A stretch of DNA of 64,000 nucleotides from contig CAVZVA010000003.1 in assembly GCA_963778655.1 (NCBI GenBank), positions 256,001 through 320,000 on the forward strand, read 5' to 3'. This stretch comes from an uncultured delta proteobacterium. GTDB taxonomy: Bacteria > Myxococcota_A > Polyangia > Polyangiales > JAFGIB01. The notes below the pieces were generated by a model that was not told where the DNA came from, did not search any database, and saw nothing but the letters and a program-made list of their open reading frames with translations. Shown in pieces: positions 50,291-60,650 of this stretch. A program made the translations under genes and the position numbers. How positions within the stretch are numbered: position 1 is the first letter of the stretch; each line of letters opens with the position of its first letter.

Positions 50291-50530
50291 ATGGCGGCCG
50301 GTAGGCGCGGACGCACGGTAGAAGCTCGCTTCGTGGACGGCGTTCTGATGCCCCAGGAGCGCCTCGATCTCCAGCCGGGCGAAAGCGTCCGGCTGCTCGT
50401 CATCCGCCGGAGCAATCCCGGGCGATGGGATCTGCAGCGCCTGGCGGCGACGCCCGACGAGGATGCTGACTTGGCTCGGGCCGGGCTCGAGGCTTGGACG
50501 GACGCGCTCGAGTCGGAGGACCGCAGGTGA
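50291..50530 (+). CDS. Antitoxin, AF2212/DUF104-like
   Basis: VEARFVDGVLMP.E.LDLQPGESVRLLV; acidic tail; GTGA overlap with the toxin. Confidence 0.7.
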   Translation: MAAGRRGRTVEARFVDGVLMPQERLDLQPGESVRLLVIRRSNPGRWDLQRLAATPDEDADLARAGLEAWTDALESEDRR

Positions 50531-50843
50531 AGCGCGGCGAGATCTGGTGGGCAGATCTCGGCAGCTATCGGCCACGGGAACAGACAGGCCGACGGCCCGT
50601 TGTGATCTGGCAGAGCGACACGCTCACGAGGGTGCTGCAATCGGTTCTCGTCGTGCCGCTCACCACGAACCTGAATCGAGCCCAGCTTGCCGGAACCGCA
50701 ATGATCCGCGCCGTGGAAGGACTGCCAGAGGACTCGGTGGCGCTGTCCTTCCAGATGCGCGCGATCCCGAAGGATGCGCTCATTTCTCGCATCAGCTGGA
50801 GCTGGCGACGGACGAGGCGCTCGGACGCGAAGAGCCGGCCTGA
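50527..50843 (+). CDS. PemK/MazF-family toxin with a frameshifting lesion near 50792
   Basis: KRGEIWWADL, EQTGRRPVVI, VVPLTT; the expected tail QLELATDEALG is in another frame. Confidence 0.8.
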
Positions 50844-50933
50844 TCGTCCTCGCCGGGGCAACCTCCTCACTCGCTCGGGCAGCACGAGTACTGGTTGCCG
50901 GCCGGCGTAGAGTGCCGACCATCGATCGCGCAC

Positions 50934-51080
50934 TCACGCGGCCGCCCGATAGTAGAAGTTGAGCATGCCGCCAAGGCGCTTGCGGCGCAGAACGCGCCCG
51001 GTCGCCGCCAAGCTCGTGCTCCGACGGCTCGATCAGCCGGTTGTCGAGCCCTTGATGATTCGTTCTGCGTGATAGAAGCC
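50934..51080 (-). mobile_element. Transposase (integrase-core type) C-terminal scrap
   Basis: NHQGLDNRLI...RKRLGGMLNFYYRAAA* across a frameshift. Confidence 0.65.
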
Positions 51081-51208
51081 CGATCCACACTGCTGCCAAA
51101 TACCTGCCTCAGCGGTCCACTACATCTGGCACGCGCTATGCGGATAGTCGGGATGAAGAGCCGATTGGAGCGCGGTGCAGTTGCAGGCCAGTTGACACAT
51201 TCACTTAT

Positions 51209-52101
51209 GTGCGAAGCAGAGCCTACCTTCCCCCAGCGGCAAAAACGCTTCCGCCGTTGAAGGATCCGATGAGCTTGAGCCAGAACGAGCTCATTCAGGC
51301 CGGATACGGCTTACGTCCTGATACGGCCTCCCCGCTGTACTCGAAGTGGCTGGCGGCAGTTTCTAAGCCCCTCACCATCGTTGCTCCCATTTCCATGCCA
51401 GAACCGGGGCTGAGCCATCTAGGCTCGCCAACGTATGTAAGCTCGACGAATTGGTGCGGTACCGCACTGAATGTCACCAATGGCCTCGGCGGGTACTGGG
51501 CGGCGCTCGGCGCGTTCACAGTTCCGACATTTGGTGCACAAGGGTCAAACTACGCCGCCGGAATGTGGCCTGGATCAGGTGGGTGGTACGATAACAAGCT
51601 CATGCAGGATGGGATCGAATATCACCGTGTGAGCGGCGTAACCAAATACGAATCATGGTGGCAATACGTACCTGATCAGACGCTTTCGCAGGTGACTCCG
51701 AGCGTCGTCCCGCATCCGGGCGATAGCATGCTATTCGAATCCTGGGAGTGCGATGCTTCTGGCCACTTCGGGTACCCGTATCATGGCTATGCTTGCTTCT
51801 ACTACATAGACAAACACTACAAGTACCGCGTTCTCCAAGGTATATCTGCAGAAATAGTGATAATTTCACCGGAACGAGCTGCGACGCCGTCATGGAACGT
51901 CAGCCATCCGTCAATCTTGCAAGCTGGAGCGGCTTGGCCACCATGGAGTTCGGATGCTACGACCTCTTTGGGGGCTGGCATAACGCGGACAGCGATCCAC
52001 GCCTGCAGATCTCCTTAATCAATAGCTCGAGCCAGACCATGTGTGCTTCGAGCGCACTCAGTCCGGATTTTGGGACTTTCGTTTGGGACCGGGCCAATTG
52101 A
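51209..52101 (+). pseudogene. Glutamic peptidase G1 (eqolisin)-like protein, frameshifted near 51812-51855
   Basis: SSTNWCG, MQDGIE, WWQYVP, HPGD, then SCDAVMER in the second frame; propeptide-like GYGLRPD..SPLYSKW. Start not clear. Confidence 0.55.
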
Positions 52102-53336
52102 CTGAACCAAGACTGTTGAGGACATCGAGCGTAGCTCACGCGCCGCTCGTTTCACGAGGCGCGCGAGTCGTCCTGTCTCGAACGATCGTTGTTGAGCTCG
52201 TTCTGTTTGCATTCGCGCTTGAGCTCCTTGTGGCTTGCAGTCACTCGACTCAGCCTCAGGGCTTGCACGGCGCTCGAGATGCCGGACGCGGGAGCCTCGA
52301 TGCCGCCGCAACGGATGCAGGAGACCTTGGCACCTTGCCACCTGGGCAAAAGTGCGGACCCCGGCCGAGACTGCTCGTGGATCTCTCAAGTCTGCCGGAA
52401 GTGCCGGCTCCGGATTCGGGCATCGTGTTCTCCACTGGCGGGGCCCACATCGCCATCAATGCCGAGTATCTCTATTTCATGCTGAGCCTAAACATTGACT
52501 CCCCGGATGGAGGGGCACTGCAGCAAGGCGTCTGGAATAACGATATCTTGCGACTTCCAAAAGCCGGTGGCGAGGTCGTTCGTATTGCCACAAACGATCG
52601 CGAGACCACCTTTATCTGGGGGCTCGCCGTAAACGAAACCGACGTCGTTTTCAGTCGAGCGCCGCAGGCCAAGGATGGCAATGCAGCGATCGTGCGTGCA
52701 CCCGCGGACGGCGGCGATCCCGTGGCCCTCGCGGACGCGCAAGGCAGGGCTGCGGCTCTAACTGCCGACAACGAGAATGTCTATTTTGTCGACAACGAAG
52801 CGACCAGAGCCGTTTCATTGAGCGGCGGCGAAGCACGCACTCTGGCCCCACCTGTGACCGTAGTCACGAACGCCCTCACGGCCGTAGGCCAGACGCTGTA
52901 CATCGCCGATTATGACGGAAACGCGATCTCCTCCGTGCCGATCGCTGGTGGTAAGGCCACCATGGTTGCGCCGGATGTGTTGGCGCCGCGAAACCCGATT
53001 GCGTGCGGCTCTGACCTCTGCTTCTTCAGCGGTAACCCGCTCAACATGAGCGTGATGCGGCTCTCTCCCGGTGGAACGCCCGTGGCGCTGGCTCAAGGCC
53101 TACACGAGCTCCACGCACTCGTCTCCGACGACAACAATTTGTTTGTCGCCGTGAGCTCGATTGGCTCTCTACAGCGTGTACCTACCTCGGGCGGTGACCC
53201 CGTTCCCGTGGGTCCGGTCGACGTAGGCGACCTCGCGCTCGACGACGAGTGCCTATACTGGTCGACCCACGACGGCATCTACAACGTGTCGAGAACGATG
53301 GCCGATGGCGCGAATGATGATGTGCTGACACCGTGA
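52041..53336 (+). CDS. Hypothetical lipoprotein with beta-propeller-like repeats
   Basis: Lipobox LLVAC; repeats D..NVYF and RVP..GG.P. True start probably downstream of 52041. Confidence 0.7.
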   Translation: MCFERTQSGFWDFRLGPGQLTEPRLLRTSSVAHAPLVSRGARVVLSRTIVVELVLFAFALELLVACSHSTQPQGLHGARDAGRGSLDAAATDAGDLGTLPPGQKCGPRPRLLVDLSSLPEVPAPDSGIVFSTGGAHIAINAEYLYFMLSLNIDSPDGGALQQGVWNNDILRLPKAGGEVVRIATNDRETTFIWGLAVNETDVVFSRAPQAKDGNAAIVRAPADGGDPVALADAQGRAAALTADNENVYFVDNEATRAVSLSGGEARTLAPPVTVVTNALTAVGQTLYIADYDGNAISSVPIAGGKATMVAPDVLAPRNPIACGSDLCFFSGNPLNMSVMRLSPGGTPVALAQGLHELHALVSDDNNLFVAVSSIGSLQRVPTSGGDPVPVGPVDVGDLALDDECLYWSTHDGIYNVSRTMADGANDDVLTP

Positions 53337-53631
53337 GCAGTAACGACGGACTGTTTGGCAAAATACTCAACTCATACACTCTTCTCGGTCTCGTTCCGCC
53401 TTCGCGCGGTGGGTGTTACGCTTGGCGAACCCACCTGAAGCCCGGATGATCCGTTTGTCGTATGAAACCCGCGCACAACCCTTGAAACCACTCACCCCCA
53501 GGGGGTCATGCTTCTGAGAAACCGCTCATCGAGGGGGCAATGATTTTGAGAACCGACAGCGTGTGGGCTCGACGGGTTGAGCTTGCACGCGCGTGAACGT
53601 GCACGTGCTGTCGTCGACCTCGAAGGCACGC

Positions 53632-54588
53632 TCACGAGCACCACGTCAGCAGTTGAAGGTTGAGCAGCGCCGCTGCGTCCGCCGGCTGCGAGTCGGCGGC
53701 AATGGCCCGGACTTCGCGAAATGCGCGCCGTAGGACTTCGCGGATGCGCTCCAGATCGTCTGCCGAACATGAAAAGACGTTGTATGCCAGCCAGTCGGCT
53801 TCGCGCGGGCTCTTGAGGCGCTCGCGGCCTACCTCGGTCCAGTGCGCCTTGAGACGATTGACTTGCTCGGGCGCGGCGCGCGTGTCGACGCTCAGCGAGC
53901 CCACGTCGAGATAGCGGTCGCGCGCCCGGCGCAAGACGCCAGCGTCTTGGAGTCGTGAGAGCACGCGCCGCTCTTCGTCGAGCGTGATCCCGAGCTGCGC
54001 AGCGATGTATCCGTCCCGGTGGCGGGCGAGCGTTCGGTACCCCTGCGTTTCCATCACGCGCAGGACGGCTTCCGACCACGGTGCCTCGAAGGCCAGGTGC
54101 TTGGCCGCGGCGCGGCGCGCGTGCTCGGGGAGCAGCTCGGGGACGGACTCGATCGCGACCAGGTGCTGCACGAGGTCCGATGCGCGACCGGTGATGGCCT
54201 CGAGCAGCGCGAGGAAATCAGGCAGGCGTGGCTTGGCCTGTCCGCGCAGCCAGCGCGCGATGGCGAAGCGTGAGAAGCCGCTGCGTTCGGCCAGGACGCG
54301 GTGCGTCGTGCTGCCGCGCAGCGCGTCGAGCCAGCTGTCGACGCGGAACTCGCCGTCGGCGATCAGCGCGTCCGCGCACGCGGGTTGAAACGCGCGCGCC
54401 GCGGCCGCGACGTCGATGCGCAGGCGCGCGCACGCGCGCAATGTTTCGCTCGCAGTGGGGAAGCGGCGACCGGCCTCCCAATCGCACGCGACGTTGGAGC
54501 GATAGCCGAGCCGGCGCGAAAGGGCGCGCTGCGAGCGCTTGCCGCGCAACCCGCGCAGCAGTTGACGGGCCACGAGCTGCCAATCCAT
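53632..54588 (-). CDS. Tandem XRE-type HTH protein with DUF4423/TIGR02147-like C-terminus
   Basis: SQRALSRRLGYRSNVACDWEAGRRFP; second HTH FSRFAIARWLRG; wHTH; NVFSCS..DL.RI. Confidence 0.75.
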   Translation of the reverse strand: MDWQLVARQLLRGLRGKRSQRALSRRLGYRSNVACDWEAGRRFPTASETLRACARLRIDVAAAARAFQPACADALIADGEFRVDSWLDALRGSTTHRVLAERSGFSRFAIARWLRGQAKPRLPDFLALLEAITGRASDLVQHLVAIESVPELLPEHARRAAAKHLAFEAPWSEAVLRVMETQGYRTLARHRDGYIAAQLGITLDEERRVLSRLQDAGVLRRARDRYLDVGSLSVDTRAAPEQVNRLKAHWTEVGRERLKSPREADWLAYNVFSCSADDLERIREVLRRAFREVRAIAADSQPADAAALLNLQLLTWCS

Positions 54589-54719
54589 GTCCTCAGATTT
54601 GCACGCGCTCGGGCGTTCACGCGAGCCAATTTGTTCGAAATTGCGAACTTCGCGATTGCGCCGGAAACGCCCGAACGTCACCTTGGAGGGGTGACGGGGT
54701 CGCTCGATCGGAGGGACGC

Positions 54720-56057
54720 ATGAACAGGGCGAGCAAGCTTGGAGTCGTGTTCGCGATGCTGGCGATCACGAGCTGCAGCCTCGGGCGCGGTGCTGGAGGC
54801 GGAATCGGGTCTTCGGAGCCGCCGTTCGGGGCGAGCAAGCCGAAGGTCGGGCAGTCCGGTGTCGAGGGCACGTGCGAGGACGACACGAGCGAAGATCCCA
54901 ACGTGGCTTTCGAGCAGACCATCGCCGACCTCGGCTTCTCTGCCGCCGAGGCGGCCGCCGCCGTCGAGGGCAGTCACGAATTGGTGTTCGTGCGGCAGCC
55001 TTGGTTCGAGGCCCCCTCCACGCACCCGGTGCAGCGCATGCTGACCGTGACCATCATGCCGCAGGCGGTGGCGCGCCGGTCGGAATGCGGAGGCTACGTC
55101 GCCGTTCCAGTCGATGTACGGATCCGCGATGTGCAGAGCGGGATCGAGGTCGCTCTCACCGGCGAGCTCTCGGCGTACCCGTCGGGGGATGCACACCCAC
55201 GCCTCGGCCACGTGGCCATCGACGGAAGCTTCGAGAGTACCGAGCTCGCCCGAGCGCTGGCGCTGCCGCCGAGCGCGGTGAGTGGCAGAAGCGCGGACCC
55301 GTTCGAGGTTCACGCGGACTTCGCGGGCGGCACGTGGAGCGCAAGCCTCGTGTCCGTGCGCGGCGGCCATTCGTGCGCGGTGCTCGAAACGTCCGCCACG
55401 TCCACGGATTCGTGCTCGCCATACGGCGCGATGAGCGCGGGCGAGCCGCCGCAGCGGGTCGAGTTGTCGGCGCGCTTCGGTACGCGCAGTCGGATGCAAG
55501 ACCTGCTCGACTCGGTGCGCAGTCTGCCGGCGCTTGCGATGCACTGGCCGGACGGAAGCGCGACATCGTTGCACGTCGACATCACGCCCGCGGATTTCGC
55601 CTGCGCCGGCCAGTACTCGGAGGAGCGCGCCGAGAACACGAGCCCGCAGCCGCGGGATATGGGTCTCGCGCCGCTCGAACTCCACCTCACGACCGACGAT
55701 GGCAAGCTCGATGTCAACGTACCAGGGGTCGTGCGCGCGAGCGTCGCCGTAGGTCAGGCGTGGGACGGCAGTGCCGAGCTCGACAGTGCACTCGCGCCGG
55801 TGGCCGCGCTCAGCGGAATGACCCTACCGATGCTGCTGCAAGTCCCCGAGGGCGATCTTGGATTCCTGAGCGTACTGTTGAACGTTCCGGTCGAAGGCAA
55901 TGACAACAGCCAGCTGGCGCTCGACGCCTATCGACCGTCTGCGGGGGCGCCCCAGTTCCCGGCCGTCTACGAGTACAGCGCCAGCCGCATCGCGTGCTTC
56001 ACGAACGAACAGCCGACCGCTCACTTCGGCTCGAGCCTGAAGCCGGCTGCCAACTAG
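54720..56057 (+). CDS. Hypothetical lipoprotein
   Basis: Lipobox ITSC after GGAGG RBS; divergent from the HTH gene. Confidence 0.75.
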   Translation: MNRASKLGVVFAMLAITSCSLGRGAGGGIGSSEPPFGASKPKVGQSGVEGTCEDDTSEDPNVAFEQTIADLGFSAAEAAAAVEGSHELVFVRQPWFEAPSTHPVQRMLTVTIMPQAVARRSECGGYVAVPVDVRIRDVQSGIEVALTGELSAYPSGDAHPRLGHVAIDGSFESTELARALALPPSAVSGRSADPFEVHADFAGGTWSASLVSVRGGHSCAVLETSATSTDSCSPYGAMSAGEPPQRVELSARFGTRSRMQDLLDSVRSLPALAMHWPDGSATSLHVDITPADFACAGQYSEERAENTSPQPRDMGLAPLELHLTTDDGKLDVNVPGVVRASVAVGQAWDGSAELDSALAPVAALSGMTLPMLLQVPEGDLGFLSVLLNVPVEGNDNSQLALDAYRPSAGAPQFPAVYEYSASRIACFTNEQPTAHFGSSLKPAAN

Positions 56058-56405
56058 CACGCCGTCGCGCGCCGCTTTTCCTGGGCTCGGGTCCCGATCG
56101 TGCGGCGAAGCTGCCAGCACGCCTCGACGAACAGGAGCCTGGCCGTGATCGCGGCTCTCGACGCCGCGCCCCGATCGTCGTAGGACGAGGCGGCCACCCA
56201 GGGGGGATCGGATCCATCAGGGGGATCCATCAGGGGCGGACCGGGCTTCTTTGGCGTCCCCAGGGGGACACCACACAGTCAGGAACCTGGCGGGGCAGGG
56301 GGGCGCTGCGGAAGAAAGCGGCGCAGATATAGCGGCTTGGTGCCGGCTGTCGGTGGTCGCGTAGCCGCCTGGACGCCACCCCTCCGGCGGCATATGCTTT
56401 GGCAT

Positions 56406-56645
56406 ATGTCTGACTATCCGGAGCGCCAGGTCAAGCTGTTCAAGAACGGCCGCAACCAGGCCGTTCGGATTCCGCGGGAGTTCGAGCTGCCGGGCGACGA
56501 GGCCGTGATGCGCAAGGAGGGCGACCGGTTGATCATCGAGCCGGCCAAGTCACGCTCGCTGCTCGGGGTGCTCGCCACGCTCGAGCCGCTGGACGAGGAG
56601 CTTCCGGAGGTCGACGACCTTCCCATCGACGACGTCGAGATTTGA
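56406..56645 (+). CDS. vapB: VapB/VagC antitoxin (AbrB fold)
   Basis: KLFKNGRNQAVRIPREFEL, RKEGDRLIIEP. Confidence 0.92.
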   Translation: MSDYPERQVKLFKNGRNQAVRIPREFELPGDEAVMRKEGDRLIIEPAKSRSLLGVLATLEPLDEELPEVDDLPIDDVEI

Positions 56646-57046
56646 AGGTGCGCTACCTGCTCGACACCGACGTAGTCTCCGCGCTCGTGCGCGATCCGCA
56701 TGGCCCCGTCACCGATCGCGTACGCGACGTGGGCGAGAGCGAGGTCTGCACCAGCATCGTGGTCGCCGCGGAGCTTCGCTACGGCGCGGCGAAGAAGGGT
56801 TCGGCGCGACTGAGCAGGCAGGTCGAAGCCGTCCTCGATGCGCTTCCGATCATCCCCCTCGAAGAGCCTGCCGATGCCGTCTACGCGCACGTTCGGCTGG
56901 CGCTCGAACGCGCGGGGCAGCCCATCGGTGGCAACGACCTGTTGATCGCCGCGCAGGCCCTCGCCCATCAGTGCGTGCTCGTCACGGGCAACGAACGCGA
57001 GTTCGTGCGCGTGGAAGGCCTCGAGGTGGAGAACTGGCTGGCCTGA
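56642..57046 (+). CDS. vapC: VapC PIN-domain toxin
   Basis: YLLDTD, AELRYG, IGGNDLLIAAQA, LVTGNEREF. Confidence 0.95.
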   Translation: MKVRYLLDTDVVSALVRDPHGPVTDRVRDVGESEVCTSIVVAAELRYGAAKKGSARLSRQVEAVLDALPIIPLEEPADAVYAHVRLALERAGQPIGGNDLLIAAQALAHQCVLVTGNEREFVRVEGLEVENWLA

Positions 57047-57753
57047 CGGTTCGACACGCGCCGCGCGAGGTGGCCCCAGAGGATCGATCCCGACACCCCA
57101 GAGGATCGATCCCGGGTAATCGGCTGCACCCCTGGAGCGAGCCGCGCAGCCTGCGTGAGAGTCGGGGACGCTCGGTGCCGACGTTCCGCATCGGCGCACG
57201 CGGCATCGTGGGGCAGCAGGCGCACATACCGGCCGCGCGGCTCCGCTCTGGCCAAGGTCGTCGCGAAGGGCACGAACATGGCGACCACGGCGGTGCGCAG
57301 GCGGCCGTCGAACAGGAAGATGCCGCGGATGACGGTGCGCCGGTGATCGTCCGGCACCGCTTCGACAAGCGCAGCGGCGCCGGTGGCGACCGCGACGCGC
57401 GCCGCATCTTCACGCTGCGCGACCGCCGCCGCGGCCGCCCCCGCACATCGCGCCACGTTACCGACCCACCTGGCTAACCGCAGAGCGCCCTTGCCGGCGT
57501 GCGTACCGAGGTGACGGCCCTAGGGGCTGTCGTCGTGCGCGCGCACAGCCGTTTCAGGCGCCCCAATGGCACCGAGGTGGCGTTTGCTGCGTCGCGGCGG
57601 CCGTCACCGGCGCGCAGCCGAGCCATCCGAGGCCTCGTGACAGCCACGCTGGCGCACGCCGATGCCACTCCGACGGCGCGCACCTCGGACAGATCCATCC
57701 GAGCACCCCAATGCCGCCGGCGTCGGAGATTACGAAACGTGTACACGTTACCT

Positions 57754-58060
57754 CTATCGTGGCGCCCACCAGTCTCTCAGATCTTTCAACCGAGCCACGT
57801 GTGCTCGATTTTCCTTCTCCAAACACCTCGCGAGCACCTCGGGCTGAAGGGATCCCCCCTCGAAACTCCGCGCCGCCAACGCACACCACTTGTCCCGAAA
57901 GGACTTCCACGCCTGCTCTGCTTCCTCAAGCCCTGGTTGGTCGTCAATTAGTCCCTCATTTACCATCTTCTGATAAGACTTGGTCACCTCACTTTCCGCC
58001 AAGTCCGCAGCCATCTTTGCGCACAGCGACTTAGCAAGTTGAGTCTGCGCTTTCGCGCAT
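57754..58060 (-). pseudogene. LprI/DUF1311 lysozyme-inhibitor-like protein, 5' end missing
   Basis: AEQAWKSFRDKWC...GGSLQP...C; no signal peptide, and the open frame runs into TetR. Confidence 0.65.
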
Positions 58061-58087
58061 GGCACACATCTTGGTCTATCTACGAAT

Positions 58088-58768
58088 TCAAAGGCCTCCC
58101 CTTTCCGACAAACACCTGGAATATCGGGGGGTGGCACGCGGCTCGGCGGCGCTGGCGTCTTGCGCACCGCTCAACCTGAATTCCGCGGACAGTGCTGTGA
58201 GCACGTTCGCGATACCCTCTACGTCGAGCTTCATCCCGATCGCGTTCTGCACCTCAAGGCCGAGGTAGAGTGCGATAATCAGCGAGGCGGCGGCCTTGGG
58301 GTCGACCGGCGGTGTGCCGGGTATGGCCTGAAGCTGCGCCGTGACGACGTGGCCCACAGCCTGTGTTGCCTCGTCTATCGCCGAGCGCGCGAGCTTGCCA
58401 ATGCTTGGGTTGCATAGCGCCTCGGCCCACAGGTTGACGTCGATGCGTGCGGCGTGCCGACCCTTCGGGCCCGACACGGCGGCCGCCCACTCGAGCAACA
58501 GCTGCGCCTGGCCATCTGTTCCGGCCCCGCCTTGCGTTGCCCGCTCGAGGCGTTTCTTGCGACCGTCACGCGCTGCCTCAAGCAGAGCACGCATCATCGC
58601 CTCTTTGCTTCGAAAGTATGTGTAGATGGCGCCGGTGCTCACGCCTGCGTGGCGCTTGACGTCTTCGAGCGTGGTGCCGCGAAAGCCGTTCTTGGCGAAG
58701 CACTGCGCCGCGGCCCGCAAGATGTGGTTCCGACGTTCGGCCAGCGTGGCGTCACTCAACTTCGGCAT
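58088..58768 (-). CDS. TetR/AcrR regulator
   Basis: CFAKNGFRGTTLEDV..AGVSTGAIYTYFRSKE. Confidence 0.92.
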   Translation of the reverse strand: MPKLSDATLAERRNHILRAAAQCFAKNGFRGTTLEDVKRHAGVSTGAIYTYFRSKEAMMRALLEAARDGRKKRLERATQGGAGTDGQAQLLLEWAAAVSGPKGRHAARIDVNLWAEALCNPSIGKLARSAIDEATQAVGHVVTAQLQAIPGTPPVDPKAAASLIIALYLGLEVQNAIGMKLDVEGIANVLTALSAEFRLSGAQDASAAEPRATPRYSRCLSERGGL

Positions 58769-58769
58769 A

Positions 58770-58791
58770 AAAAGAGACTACTCGTTCTTTT
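58770..58791. promoter_or_regulatory. Candidate TetR operator in the divergent tetR/amidase spacer
   Basis: AAAAGA-N10-TCTTTT inverted repeat in a 63-bp AT-rich spacer. Confidence 0.4.
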
Positions 58792-58831
58792 TGGCGTTGA
58801 TCAAGAGGCTGCCCCGTGCCATCAGAGGGCC

Positions 58832-60253
58832 ATGCTCGAAACAGTGCATGCCTTCTGCGATGACATCCTTGGGGATCACGACGCCGTGGCGCTGGCCCGC
58901 ATGGTGCGAGAGCGCAAGGTCAGCCCAGCTGAGTTGGTGCAGGCCGCCATCGCCCGTGCCGAGCGCGTGGAGCCCACGCTAGCTGCCATCGCGTACGCCG
59001 GCTTCGAGGAGGCCGTCGCTGAGGCCAAAGGCCCCCTTGAGGGCACGTTTGCCGGTGTGCCGACATTCATCAAAGACACCACGCACGTGCGTGGTGTGCC
59101 GACACGCCTCGGCTCGCAAGCCACCGGCGCGCGCCCTGCCAAGGCCGACGCCGCATTCACGAAGCTCGTCAAGGCGCAGGGCATGGTCATCCTCGGCAAG
59201 ACCAGCCTGCCGGAGCTCGGCTTCAACGCCACCACGGAACCTGAGGGTGGCTCGCCCACGCGCAACCCCTGGAACACGGACTACTCGCCCGGCGGCTCGT
59301 CCGGCGGGTCGGCCGCGCTCGTCGCAGCCGGTGTCGTCCCGATGGCGCATGGGAACGACGGCGGCGGCTCGCTGCGCATCCCCGCAGCTTGCTGTGGCCT
59401 GTTCGCGCTCAAGCCGACCCGTGGCCGGTTGCCCCCGAATGAGGCCGCGCGGCGGTTGCCGATCAATATCGTGTGCGACGGCGTGATCACTCGCAGCGTA
59501 CGCGACTCCGCGCACTTCTACGCCGACGTGGAGCGCCAGTTCGCAAGTCGCAAGCTGCCCCCGATCGGCCTTGTCAAAGGCCCGGGCGAGCGTCGCCTGC
59601 GCGTCGGCCTAGCCCTCGACTCCATCGATGTCGACCCGACCGACGCCGCCACTCGCGCAGCGGTGCTCGATGTGGCCAAGCATCTGGAGTCGCTCGGTCA
59701 CAGGGTCGAAGAGGTGCAGATTCCTCGCGAGGCCAACTCCCTGCCAGCGGACTTCATCCTGTATTGGTCGATGATCGCGTTCCTGTCGACAACCTTCGGA
59801 AAGCTCAGCGTCAGTTCCGACTTCGACGCTTCGCGCGTCGAGAGTCTGACGCGCGGGCTTGCAGGCTTTTACAAGAGCAGGATGCTGAAGACTCCCGGCG
59901 CGATGTTCCGCCTCGCTCGCTCCGCGGGTGTGTACGCACGCACGCTGGCAGACTACGACGTCCTGCTCACGCCCGTCGTGGGCCACACCACACCGAGGCT
60001 CGGCTACCTGTCGCCCGACGTGGACTTCGAAACGCTTCTTGCGCGTCTGCGAAACTTCGTGTCCTTCTCGCCGCTCAACAACGCTACGGGCAGCCCCGCC
60101 ATGTCGTTGCCGCTTGGCGCGTCGGACGAGGGCCTTCCCATCGGTGTGCACTTCGCCGGGCGGCACGGGGACGAGAGGACGCTACTCGAGCTGGCCTACG
60201 AACTTGAACAGTCCAAACCCTTCCGCCGCATTCAGGAAGGGCAGCCAGCATAA
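58832..60253 (+). CDS. Amidase (amidase signature family)
   Basis: IKD, GGSSGGS, NDGGGSLRIPA. Confidence 0.95.
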   Translation: MLETVHAFCDDILGDHDAVALARMVRERKVSPAELVQAAIARAERVEPTLAAIAYAGFEEAVAEAKGPLEGTFAGVPTFIKDTTHVRGVPTRLGSQATGARPAKADAAFTKLVKAQGMVILGKTSLPELGFNATTEPEGGSPTRNPWNTDYSPGGSSGGSAALVAAGVVPMAHGNDGGGSLRIPAACCGLFALKPTRGRLPPNEAARRLPINIVCDGVITRSVRDSAHFYADVERQFASRKLPPIGLVKGPGERRLRVGLALDSIDVDPTDAATRAAVLDVAKHLESLGHRVEEVQIPREANSLPADFILYWSMIAFLSTTFGKLSVSSDFDASRVESLTRGLAGFYKSRMLKTPGAMFRLARSAGVYARTLADYDVLLTPVVGHTTPRLGYLSPDVDFETLLARLRNFVSFSPLNNATGSPAMSLPLGASDEGLPIGVHFAGRHGDERTLLELAYELEQSKPFRRIQEGQPA

Positions 60254-60650
60254 ACGCCCTTGGGAAGTGGACATAGCGCCCATAGCGCCCCATCTGCGAA
60301 CTCGATCAGGTTTTCAGCGCGGCGGAATGGTGACATCGCAGGGCGCCCTGCATCGCGCGACAGAGGGGGTCTACGCTAAATGGAGGGGAGACGCACGCGT
60401 GTGACACTGCTTCGTACTTTCGATGTCGAGCGAGTCGACGCCGTATTGCCCTTTTGGCACGCTGGCGCAGCCACCGCTGAAGCTGCTGTCGGTGACCCAG
60501 GACTCCAACGGCGCCGATGCCACCGGCCAGGTGACCGGCATGAGCTTCCACCTGGTCACCGGGCTCACCCAGCTCACCGGCTAGAGCGTGCTCGCCTTCG
60601 GCACCTCGAGCTGAGCCCGAGCGCGCGCGTCTCGCAAGCTCCGCTCGCCC

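Noticed and set aside
57736..57749. Perfect palindrome AACGTGTACACGTT
   Set aside because: Single short occurrence with no supporting context.
58454..58831. N-terminal extension of the amidase in the 599-aa ORF
   Set aside because: It overlaps the divergent tetR gene; ATG 58832 gives a normal amidase start.
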